Below, in pieces: positions 10,149 through 18,299 of a stretch of 64,000 nucleotides of DNA. Made by a program: the position numbers and the translations under genes. Numbering within the stretch: position 1 is the stretch's first letter; every line of letters starts with the position of its first letter. A model generated the notes under the pieces. It was not told where the DNA came from. It ran no database searches and saw nothing but the letters and a program-made list of their open reading frames with translations. The stretch spans positions 3,908 to 67,907 of the forward strand of contig CAVRPQ010000004.1 in the NCBI GenBank assembly GCA_963723125.1. The letters are read 5' to 3'. The DNA is from an uncultured bacterium (GTDB taxonomy: Bacteria; Verrucomicrobiota; Verrucomicrobiia; Limisphaerales; UBA11358).

Positions 10149-11714
10149 TTATCCGGTTGGGGTTTGGCTAATCACGCTGTGCAACCACTTCTTCCCGTCT
10201 TCTGTGATCTGGTAACGCTGCAAGCGACTTTGTGGTTTGTCTGGAATCGTTCGCCCAAGCCAGCCCTTGCCGATAAGCGCGTTGAGATAATTTTCGCGGA
10301 ATGTCTGTCGGTGTTTGACGCCGACAAGCGCCTGAATTTCACCGGCCTTACGCGGTTGCTCACAGAACTGGAGAATCTGCACTGCAACTTGGCCGGTGAC
10401 TTGGCCGGTGACTTGGCCGGTGACTTGGCCGGTCGCTAGACGTTTCCGTTCCATGGACTCTTTGACAAATTCAGGATGGAGCGGCAAGCGCACCAGAAAA
10501 TAAGTCCGGTCATCGTCAGACTCGAACACGGGCTGCGGAGAACCATTCACTCGCAACGCCTTCAACATTTTTGGAATTCCAGTGCCTCGACCTTCGGTGA
10601 GGCTGAGTTCTTTCAAAAATTCGCCAATGCGCCGGTTGCGATACCGCCGCGTTGCAAAGCGCCCGGATTGAAGTTCCTTGATGCTGACTGAACGATCCAG
10701 CCCCGGATAGCTGGCCACGGTGATTTCATCTGGCAGAACGCGGACTTCAATCGGCTCCCGGATTTCGTAGCTACGGTGATAAACCGCATTTACTACGGCT
10801 TCCTCCAGTGCTGCATAGGGCACATTGAAAAAACGGTCAGCTTCCGGCCGGTCGCCGTGTTTTACCACACGTTCTTCAATCACGGCGTTTTTCAAAAATG
10901 TCAGAGCGTCTTTGAGGATCACGTCCAATGGGCCAGCGAATGTCTTCTCCGTAAAAGTGTCGCCGCCTGGCCCTTCTGGAAATTGCACCACATCAATCTG
11001 CGTTTGAGGGAAAAACTTTTGTGGTGCCGAGTTGAAAAACATCAGACCGACGTTCAACGGGTGCATCGCTTCGGCGGGACCGTCGGCAATTCGCATCTGA
11101 CGGCACAACTGGGCAAAATCCATCGTGCTGGAATCGGCCAGCAAGTCGCTGCCGACTTCGCGCAGAAAATTTTGAATCAGCGAAAGCTTGAGATCGTTCA
11201 AAGAGGCACTGTGATGGATGCGGTCATCGAACGGAACCGTGGCCGCCAGGCTGACCAACTCGACCTCCTCTTCATGTTTGGCTTTGACCGTGGCTGAGCC
11301 TTTGCGAATGAAGTAAGCGAATTCGCGGTTGCCTTTTGCCAGCGACACGGGCGCTTTGTAAGGCCGGGTCTGCCCGCCGGGACACCACAGCACGAGAATG
11401 TGCTTTTGCTGGACCACATAAGGCGCAATCACCGGATGATAGTGAGGCTGTATCCGATGCCCAATTTCCAGAATCTCTTTTTGAATGGCGTCCAGTTTGC
11501 TGGCAAGCAATCCTGCCGGTGGCAAAATTGGCTGTCCCTGATTCTCCGCCACGCCGATGAGAATGTAGCCGCCGCCCAGGTTGTGAAAATCATTGGCGAA
11601 GGCGCACATCGTGTGCAGGACGGCTTCCGGGTTCCAGCCCTGCTTAAATTCCAAACGCTCCCACTCCACGGTTTGTCCGTGCAAAACGTCATCAATGTTA
11701 ATCGGCAAGTGCAT
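10149..11714 (-). CDS. Schlafen/AlbA_2 domain + HATPase_c_4-like ATPase + C-terminal wHTH protein (often annotated as RecG-like / putative transcriptional regulator)
   Basis: VEWERLEFKQGW..MCAFANDFHNLGGGYILIGV (AlbA_2), AVVNAVYHRSYEIREPIEVRVLPDEITVASYPG (ATPase_c_4-like) and a C-terminal winged-helix-like tail. The likely start is MHLPINIDD at 11714. Confidence 0.7.
   Translation of the reverse strand: MHLPINIDDVLHGQTVEWERLEFKQGWNPEAVLHTMCAFANDFHNLGGGYILIGVAENQGQPILPPAGLLASKLDAIQKEILEIGHRIQPHYHPVIAPYVVQQKHILVLWCPGGQTRPYKAPVSLAKGNREFAYFIRKGSATVKAKHEEEVELVSLAATVPFDDRIHHSASLNDLKLSLIQNFLREVGSDLLADSSTMDFAQLCRQMRIADGPAEAMHPLNVGLMFFNSAPQKFFPQTQIDVVQFPEGPGGDTFTEKTFAGPLDVILKDALTFLKNAVIEERVVKHGDRPEADRFFNVPYAALEEAVVNAVYHRSYEIREPIEVRVLPDEITVASYPGLDRSVSIKELQSGRFATRRYRNRRIGEFLKELSLTEGRGTGIPKMLKALRVNGSPQPVFESDDDRTYFLVRLPLHPEFVKESMERKRLATGQVTGQVTGQVTGQVAVQILQFCEQPRKAGEIQALVGVKHRQTFRENYLNALIGKGWLGRTIPDKPQSRLQRYQITEDGKKWLHSVISQTPTG
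10389..10433. repeat. 12-bp in-frame tandem repeat TTGGCCGGTGAC x3.75, encoding (TGQV)n
   Basis: Read directly from the sequence. It lies between the ATPase and wHTH parts of the 10149..11714 gene. Confidence 0.95.
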
Positions 11715-12313
11715 TGCAGGCCGAGCATAGGCCAAAATCGTTCCCGTGAAAATCAGATAGTTTTCCGCCCTAAACAACATCCTGAAATTGTTCGGAATTG
11801 CCGATGAGTTTTGAAGCCAGACATGCAGACTCCGAGCGTGTTTCCTAAGCGCGATCTGTTTTTGGCGAGGGGAGCGCAGTCAATGTGGAGGCGACGGGCG
11901 GCAGGGCGCACTACATTGACGGCGCGAGCGAGCCATATAATTGAAGCGCGAGGCACGCTCGGTGTGCGAATGCAAAAATCCAGCACGCTTTGCCAAAATT
12001 CCGCGATTGTTTCAAAATGGTAATCAACATAACCTCTCTGCGTTAGCAAAAAATCAAAACGACCAGAAAACATATTTAACAAAACTCATTTCGCGTAGCT
12101 TCGGCTGCTGTCCACTACGAAACTGGTAATTTCAACTTGGAAGACAGCGCTTGACGCACGCCCCGCTTGGGGCGTGCCGAAAGCGTTCTTCCAAGGGCAT
12201 ACCAGTGCCTGTAGTGGGACGTGATTAAGCACGTCCCTCTTGTTTTTAGGCACTCGTTCCCTTGGAGACAGTCAACCAGACAGGGCTGATTCGCACGCGA
12301 GCGAATTCAGCCC

Positions 12314-12720
12314 ATGCCTCATCTCTCATGGAATGAAGTCCGCGCCCGCGCCATCCGTTTTTCACGGAACTGGAGCGACGCCACTTCCGAGCGTGCCGAC
12401 AAGCAGACATTCTACAATGAATTCTTCGATGTCTTCGGCATACGCCGAGCGTCTGTCGCAGCATTCGAGACGAACGTCCGTAATCTACAAGGCTACACCA
12501 ACGCCATTGACTTGCTATGGCGTGGCAAGCTCATAGTCGAACACAAAATCCGCCGTTCATTGGCGCAAAATTCCAAAATGATGAACAACGTGCGGACATG
12601 GATTCCGTTGCGGACGATGTTGAAAATGGCGGTCTGCTTGATTACGTCACAGGCTGGTATTTTAAAGCTGCGGAATATATCCAAGGCACGCGCGTTGTGG
12701 TTGGTTTGGCACGTCAGCGG
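12314..12720 (+). pseudogene. Remnant of an MmeI/PglX-like N6-adenine DNA methyltransferase, internally deleted and truncated
   Basis: MPHLSWNEVRARAIRFSRNW..ERADKQTFYNEFFDVFGIRRASVAAFE..IDLLWRGKLIVEHK is the family N-terminus. After VEHK the sequence jumps, with a frame change, directly to NPPFIGAKFQNDEQRADM..LLDYVTGWYFKAAEYIQGTR (motif IV region) and then decays. Confidence 0.6.
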
Positions 12721-12803
12721 AGCAAGCCTGGCAAACGCTGCTGGTTAAAGTCGCATTGTATTTCCTGCGCGGGGAGTGTTACGTCGCTAAATCCGACACC
12801 ATC

Positions 12804-13673
12804 ATGCTCTGGCGTGAAAAAGACCGCCAGCGGGACAGACAACTGGCACAAGCCAGACCACCTCGCGGAATTCGCTGCGTCGCCTGTTTTTCCGACATGG
12901 TTTGTGAGGAGAAAAATTTGCACGACCGGGACGACGGTAGCGAACAAGTGCTTTTTTATTTTATTTGCCCCAAGTGTGATTCCCGGCGTGCTTTTTATGA
13001 AGACGGCACAGAATTCCGACGCAAAAAGGTTTTTTGCACGCAGTGTCAGAGTGAAGCCAAAATCGAATATCAGCGCGCCGGTAAAGAAATCAGCATCGTC
13101 ACGACGTGTCCGAAATGCGGCAAGGTTGAAACAGAATCCTTGACCGTAGAAAAGCCGCCGCCACTGGATGAAAATTATGCGGCTGACCGGGAGCGATTCT
13201 GCATGTCCCAGGAAGAAGGTCGGGAATATGACAGTTACCGGGTAAGTGCTGAAATTTTCCAGAGGCAACAGGCAGAACGGGATCTGCGCGAAAAGCGGCA
13301 GAACTTGTATGACGAGATTTCAAAACTAAAAAAACTCACGGCGATGGATTTGCAAAATCTCCTGATCCCGGCATTGGAAAGGGAAAGATTTATCCGGCTT
13401 GATCTCGGAATGCCGGCCATCAAACGGGATGTGCAGATGTCCTTTTGCGTTCAGGATGCCAAGTCGGGACGCAGTGATCACGACAGCATCAAAGATTTGA
13501 AAAATGCCATCGAGGAAACGCTTGACGGGACGAATTGGCGATTGATGAGCAGTGGCATCAGTTATCATTTGGGAGTTCTCAATGGATATTTGCGCGGGCT
13601 GGAAACAGAAAAAGACCTGTTGGCACTGGTGCGTATGCGCCTCAAAAAACAAGCCGGCTCGAATTTATCATAG
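12804..13673 (+). CDS. Double zinc-ribbon protein of unknown function
   Basis: Four CxxC pairs (CVAC, CPKC, CTQC, CPKC) followed by a helical C-terminal half. The start is uncertain: TTG at 12756 or ATG at 12804. Confidence 0.45.
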   Translation: MLWREKDRQRDRQLAQARPPRGIRCVACFSDMVCEEKNLHDRDDGSEQVLFYFICPKCDSRRAFYEDGTEFRRKKVFCTQCQSEAKIEYQRAGKEISIVTTCPKCGKVETESLTVEKPPPLDENYAADRERFCMSQEEGREYDSYRVSAEIFQRQQAERDLREKRQNLYDEISKLKKLTAMDLQNLLIPALERERFIRLDLGMPAIKRDVQMSFCVQDAKSGRSDHDSIKDLKNAIEETLDGTNWRLMSSGISYHLGVLNGYLRGLETEKDLLALVRMRLKKQAGSNLS

Positions 13674-14012
13674 TGTCGAGGACTTGATGGCTAGGCCAAA
13701 ATGCTTGGTTTCATTTTGTGTCCCAAGGACAACTTCATCGTTCCGAAATTTGCCAGAATGGGAGACGTGAATAACAAATTGAAAATCATTTGCGATTGAA
13801 AAGCGGAATTCATTTTGTTCAAAAATTGAACAATGCGGTTTCGGAAATGTGGGATAATGCGGTCATGAATTTTATTTTGTGTATGTGATACACCGCCCGC
13901 CCGCCGGGATTTTGGCACAGTGACAAAAGCTGTGGACTTCATTTTTGCAAAGTTTGCAAAAGCGGAGCCTGAATTTCCGCCAGAATATAAGCCGAAGAAC
14001 AAATTGAAAGTT

Positions 14013-14324
14013 ATGAGCAACGAATTCAAAGCCGTGTTGGACTTGGCAGCGTCGCTGCCAACGCGTGTGAATAAGGAAATGGCCGCTAAATATCTCGGCT
14101 TCAAAGGCGATGATATTACGATATTGATTGCGCGTGGACTCCTGAAGCCGTTGGGCCGCCCGGTGCAAAACAGCGACAAATACTTTGCCAAGGTGAAGCT
14201 TATTGAATTAGGACAAGATGCAGAATGGTTGTCACGGGCGACACTGGCTGTCAGCCAGCATTGGAAGGATAAGAACGCTCGTAAATCCAAAAAAACAAAT
14301 GGGGATGGGCAGCCAGTTGAATAA
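14013..14324 (+). CDS. MGE-type HTH DNA-binding protein, copy 2 (paralog of 5691..5990)
   Basis: LPTRVNKEMAAKYLGFKGDDITILIARGLLKPLGRP..WLSRATLAVSQHWKDKNARK aligns with copy 1 (..LLKPLGHP..WLDKVAAAIHRHWRNKNARK). The ATG at 14013 aligns with the start of the fragment at 19831. The stop lies 25 nt before CRISPR repeat 1. Confidence 0.55.
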   Translation: MSNEFKAVLDLAASLPTRVNKEMAAKYLGFKGDDITILIARGLLKPLGRPVQNSDKYFAKVKLIELGQDAEWLSRATLAVSQHWKDKNARKSKKTNGDGQPVE

Positions 14325-14349
14325 TGTGGGCGATTCGGCTGGCGCATCT

Positions 14350-15872
14350 TCGCCTCAAGATTGCCGCAGTCGCGGCGACTGCGGCGTGCTTGCTACGTCG
14401 AGTGTGAAGCCGAACTCACCCGCCTCAAGATTGCCGCAGTCGCGGCGACTGCGGCGGCGGTCACGCTCCGATTCCGGTCCAATGGCAAGCCGCCTCAAGA
14501 TTGCCGCAGTCGCGGCGACTGCGGCTAGCCCTTGAATCTGGTCGTGCCAAAGCCTTTCTCCCGCCTCAAGATTGCCGCAGTCGCGGCGACTGCGGCGATT
14601 TGCACGGCGTTTTTTAGGATTCGAGAATTTGCCCGCCTCAAGATTGCCGCAGTCGCGGCGACTGCGGCTGGTTTGCTGTTTTCATAAATCGTCGCCGCGC
14701 GTCCGCCTCAAGATTGCCGCAGTCGCGGCGACTGCGGCAAAAGTCACCCTCAAATAACAACAAACCATGTATGCCGCCTCAAGATTGCCGCAGTCGCGGC
14801 GACTGCGGCAAAGACCAGCTACGGGAGCAGGGCGTGGTGGTGACCCGCCTCAAGATTGCCGCAGTCGCGGCGACTGCGGCCGTTGGTTGGCATCAGCATT
14901 GACATCACCCAAGCCCCGCCTCAAGATTGCCGCAGTCGCGGCGACTGCGGCGTGATGTATGGAAGCTCCAACGTCGGCGAGATGTGTCCGCCTCAAGATT
15001 GCCGCAGTCGCGGCGACTGCGGCTGAATTGGCCGTTAGATTGAATCGTGTGATAAATCCGCCTCAAGATTGCCGCAGTCGCGGCGACTGCGGCCTCACCT
15101 CCCGCGATGCCATTGTGCCGGTGATTGACCGCCTCAAGATTGCCGCAGTCGCGGCGACTGCGGCTGAGCCACGGGCGACTAAAGATATGGAACTCACACC
15201 GCCTCAAGATTGCCGCAGTCGCGGCGACTGCGGCATCACGCCTTGCGCCATTTATCCCGGCCGCCGGCTCCGCCTCAAGATTGCCGCAGTCGCGGCGACT
15301 GCGGCAAGAATGGGACGGCGATGACGAAGGCGACCCGATTCCGCCTCAAGATTGCCGCAGTCGCGGCGACTGCGGCATCAACGGATGTTCGCGCCACTCG
15401 GCCTCGACCCCCGCCTCAAGATTGCCGCAGTCGCGGCGACTGCGGCATGCAGCGGCTCGTTTAGGGTATTCACAACAACCACCGCCTCAAGATTGCCGCA
15501 GTCGCGGCGACTGCGGCCAAAAGTACAATCTGGCAGCACAACGTCATTGGCTCCGCCTCAAGATTGCCGCAGTCGCGGCGACTGCGGCCGGCGCTAAATT
15601 GAAAGAGCGAAAATGGCAAGCTCCGCCTCAAGATTGCCGCAGTCGCGGCGACTGCGGCTTCTTTGTTTTTTATTTTTAATTCGTCGAGCGGACCCGCCTC
15701 AAGATTGCCGCAGTCGCGGCGACTGCGGCGGCGACATCGCCGATTTCTTCTCTGTCTCCTTTTGGCCGCCTCAAGATTGCCGCAGTCGCGGCGACTGCGG
15801 CGGAAATTTCGATCTGATTCGCACGACGGATTTTCTCCGCCTCAAGATTGCCGCAGTCGCGGCGACTGCGGC
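14350..15872 (-). CRISPR. CRISPR array: 22 x 36-bp repeats (CCGCCTCAAGATTGCCGCAGTCGCGGCGACTGCGGC on the + strand) and 21 unique spacers of 34-36 bp
   Basis: Repeat starts: 14350, 14420, 14490, 14561, 14633, 14703, 14774, 14845, 14916, 14988, 15058, 15129, 15199, 15270, 15341, 15411, 15482, 15553, 15623, 15694, 15766, 15837. All repeats are identical except that the outermost base of repeat 1 is T instead of C. That suggests a trailer at the left and a leader on the cas2 side, hence minus-strand transcription (inferred). Confidence 0.97.
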
Positions 15873-16191
15873 ACGCTCCCTGGAACACCTTGAGAATTAA
15901 CGCCTGCCGCAGCATTTTGCGAGCGTGAGGCAGGTTGGAGCATTAACACATAAATGAGTCGGGAAACAATCATTGCCAATAGCCTATCAATCCAAGCGAA
16001 TCTGTTGTGCGAGCGTCCGTGCAGGCCAGTGCCAGCATTTCCGCGCTCGCACTGTAATCGCCGCATTCAGGCGCAGTCGTCGCGATTTCAATGAGCAATC
16101 ATGGTTAGCCAATGGCGGAAGCTAACTGGTCGGTGGCGGAGTTCGCCGGGGTTTATTCAACGCCTTTCGGAAAAACTTGCAAGCTTGAAAA
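15873..16191 (-). other. CRISPR leader / candidate tracrRNA region between the array and cas2
   Basis: 319-bp non-coding gap. It holds a perfect 9-bp-stem hairpin GTGCGAGCG..CGCTCGCAC at 16007-16051 and repeat-like segments at 15888-15934 and 16069-16095. Confidence 0.35.
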
Positions 16192-16482
16192 TCAAATAAT
16201 CGTTACGCGCGAACGGACTTCGTAAGGCAATCCCATCGCGTCAATAATCAAACTCGCGTCTTTGGAACTCGCGCCCAGCGATACAAACAAAACCTGATCT
16301 TCGTCGTGATTGAGCAAGTCCTGAAGCTCGGCCTTTAATTTTGCCAGACGCAAATCATCCAGCGGACATTCAAAAACCGAGTATTGCAGTCGCACACCAA
16401 AACCTTCCAGCGAGCGCGCCACTTTTCGCAGCCGCTTCGGGTCGCTGATGTCGTAGCTCACCAGATAGCGGATGCGGCTCAT
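16192..16482 (-). CDS. cas2: CRISPR-associated endoribonuclease Cas2
   Basis: 96 aa: MSRIRYLVSYDISDPKRLRKVARSLEGFGVRLQYSVFECPL.. is a typical Cas2. Its ATG overlaps the cas4-cas1 TGA (ATGA at 16479-16482). The listed 218-aa ORF is an over-extension. Confidence 0.9.
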   Translation of the reverse strand: MSRIRYLVSYDISDPKRLRKVARSLEGFGVRLQYSVFECPLDDLRLAKLKAELQDLLNHDEDQVLFVSLGASSKDASLIIDAMGLPYEVRSRVTII

Positions 16483-18293
16483 CGTGTGACAAATCCGTGA
16501 TAGGTCAGCGCCTCGCCGCGCACGAACCGCCACAATTGCCTTGCCTGCACTTCGAGCATCCGGCGATACGCCATTTTGTAGCTGAATTCCGGGTGGCTGA
16601 CTTCCGTGTCCAGTCGTCGAAACCACCCTTCCCAAAATGGTCGCCGGCCTTTGTCGGTTAAAAACATTCCGTTCGCACTTTTGATGAAGTCCTCCGGGCC
16701 AAGTTCGCCACGATTGATGAGGCTGATGGCCACGCTGTCGGCGATGAGCGGGCGGAATTCCTCCATCAAATCCAGTGCCAGTGCCGGACGGCCATAGCGA
16801 GGCTGGTGCATGAATCCGAGAAACGGATCGAGTCCAACCGAATAACAAACGCCGGTCAATTCCTTCGCCAGCATGGAATAACCGAGCGAAAGCAGGGCGT
16901 TCACGGGATCACGCGGCGGACGGCGATTGCGCCCGCGCCAGTCAAATTTCCAGTCGTCACGCTGTTTCAGCATGGACTCGAATTGCTCGAAATAAAGCGC
17001 CGCGGCGCTGCCCTCGACGCCGAGCAACGCCGTCAAGTCGCGTGCCGATTCCGTGGAATCGCGGAAGTTCGCCATCAAGCTCGTCACCCGGTCCGGCACG
17101 TCGCCGTTGCGCATGAGCATCACGCGCTGATTATGGATTTTAGCGCGGATGACTTCCCGTGCGAGTTGCAGACGCACGCCCGGAAGTTCAAACAGCCGAT
17201 ATTGTCCGCGCCGCGCATCAACGCCGCTGGCTGGCAATCCGCCCAACATTCCGAGAAAACGTCCTGCCGGCGAAAAATAGGAAACGTCAATACCCAATTC
17301 CAGGCACGTCGAAACAGCCTGCGCCGTCATTTGAACCGCGCCGTAGCAATAAATTGCCCGCACCTGCTGGCCGGGCAGTTTACGCACATCTTCACCCTTC
17401 ACGCTGACGAGCAATTCATCTCCGCGCTGGCCGATTTGCGCGCCGGGTGTCTGCACCACCAACACCTCGCCATCGTCGCCTTCCGGTCGCGGCGGCTGCA
17501 ACGTCGGTTCCTTGTCCGTGGACTCGGCGGCAAAATCCAGTGCCTCAAGAATCCGGTCGCGGACGTCATCTTCGGATTGGGCGATGAAACTGAATTGAAT
17601 CTGTCCATCGGCGGGCGGCGCTTTACGCCGTTTCGACCACCAAAAAGATTCATTCGGAAGACATATCGGATAGGCGGAACAGCCGAGGCAGCGTGGATCG
17701 TTTTTAAGCGGGGGCGGGCAATGGCCGGAGGCGGCGAGCGCCTTTGCATCGGTAATGGCTTGCCGGGTTTTAGCCAACATTTCCTCATTGATTTCCACCG
17801 GCACACGGCGTTTGTCGGCGGCGTAGTAGATCACCGCGCCGGAAACCTTTACGCCGTGTTCCTGCAACAGCAGGGCATACGCGCCGACTTGCATTGTCTC
17901 CGGCTCGCGCGCTTCACGTTCGCCTTCGCTGTTGCGCCGGGCAGAACCCTTTTTGTAGTCCACAATTTGTGCGCCATCCGGCCCACCCTCCACCAAATCC
18001 ATTACACCAACAATGCCCAGCGATTCGCTTTCCAAGCGTAAGCTGCGAAGATGTGTTCCTTCCGGCAGATTTTCGCCCAAGGCTTTTGCCTTTTCTTCAT
18101 CCAGCCTGGACGGTGCGTCCACATTGCGATGCGTGGTTGAACCCGCAACCGTATCAGCGCTTTCCTGAAAAATGTTTTCAACCCACTGGAAATAAAACAG
18201 GCGAGGACAATAAACGTAATTGTTGAGACGACGCACCGGCATCACCGGCTGGGATTCCAGCCCGGCGTTGACTTGAATCGGCGCTTCGCTCAT
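16479..18293 (-). CDS. cas1: Cas4-Cas1 fusion protein (adaptation module typical of type V-B loci)
   Basis: 604 aa. The N-terminal Cas4 part has YCPRLFYF, the IVDYKKG RecB-nuclease motif and the CLGCSAYPIC Fe-S cysteines. The C-terminal Cas1 part has NALLSLGYSML..GLDPFLGFMHQPRYGRPALALDLMEEFRP. The reading frame is intact. Confidence 0.92.
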   Translation of the reverse strand: MSEAPIQVNAGLESQPVMPVRRLNNYVYCPRLFYFQWVENIFQESADTVAGSTTHRNVDAPSRLDEEKAKALGENLPEGTHLRSLRLESESLGIVGVMDLVEGGPDGAQIVDYKKGSARRNSEGEREAREPETMQVGAYALLLQEHGVKVSGAVIYYAADKRRVPVEINEEMLAKTRQAITDAKALAASGHCPPPLKNDPRCLGCSAYPICLPNESFWWSKRRKAPPADGQIQFSFIAQSEDDVRDRILEALDFAAESTDKEPTLQPPRPEGDDGEVLVVQTPGAQIGQRGDELLVSVKGEDVRKLPGQQVRAIYCYGAVQMTAQAVSTCLELGIDVSYFSPAGRFLGMLGGLPASGVDARRGQYRLFELPGVRLQLAREVIRAKIHNQRVMLMRNGDVPDRVTSLMANFRDSTESARDLTALLGVEGSAAALYFEQFESMLKQRDDWKFDWRGRNRRPPRDPVNALLSLGYSMLAKELTGVCYSVGLDPFLGFMHQPRYGRPALALDLMEEFRPLIADSVAISLINRGELGPEDFIKSANGMFLTDKGRRPFWEGWFRRLDTEVSHPEFSYKMAYRRMLEVQARQLWRFVRGEALTYHGFVTR

Positions 18294-18299
18294 GGCTCG

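Noticed and set aside
11753-12082. 109-aa minus-strand ORF upstream of the Schlafen-like gene
   Set aside because: No motif or RBS was recognised. It overlaps the over-extended start of the neighbouring ORF, so it could not be supported.
12517-13143. 208-aa + strand ORF
   Set aside because: Only its first ~60 codons (the NPPF..AAEYIQG segment) are meaningful, as part of the methyltransferase remnant. The rest overlaps the zinc-ribbon gene out of frame.
14325-14349. Partial repeat-like GGCGATTCGGC just left of repeat 1 (a possible extra degenerate repeat)
   Set aside because: It lies only ~5 nt from repeat 1, so no spacer-length gap exists, and the similarity is limited to ~11 nt.
14218-15915. 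Many 60-184-aa ORFs with recurring PQSRRLR / IAAVAATAA / CRSRGDCG peptides
   Set aside because: They are translations of the CRISPR repeats in different frames and strands, not genes.
16192-16848. 218-aa ORF listed for the cas2 frame
   Set aside because: Only the last 96 codons are Cas2-like. The upstream part overlaps the cas1 3' end in another frame. The ATG at 16482 forms an ATGA overlap with the cas4-cas1 stop.
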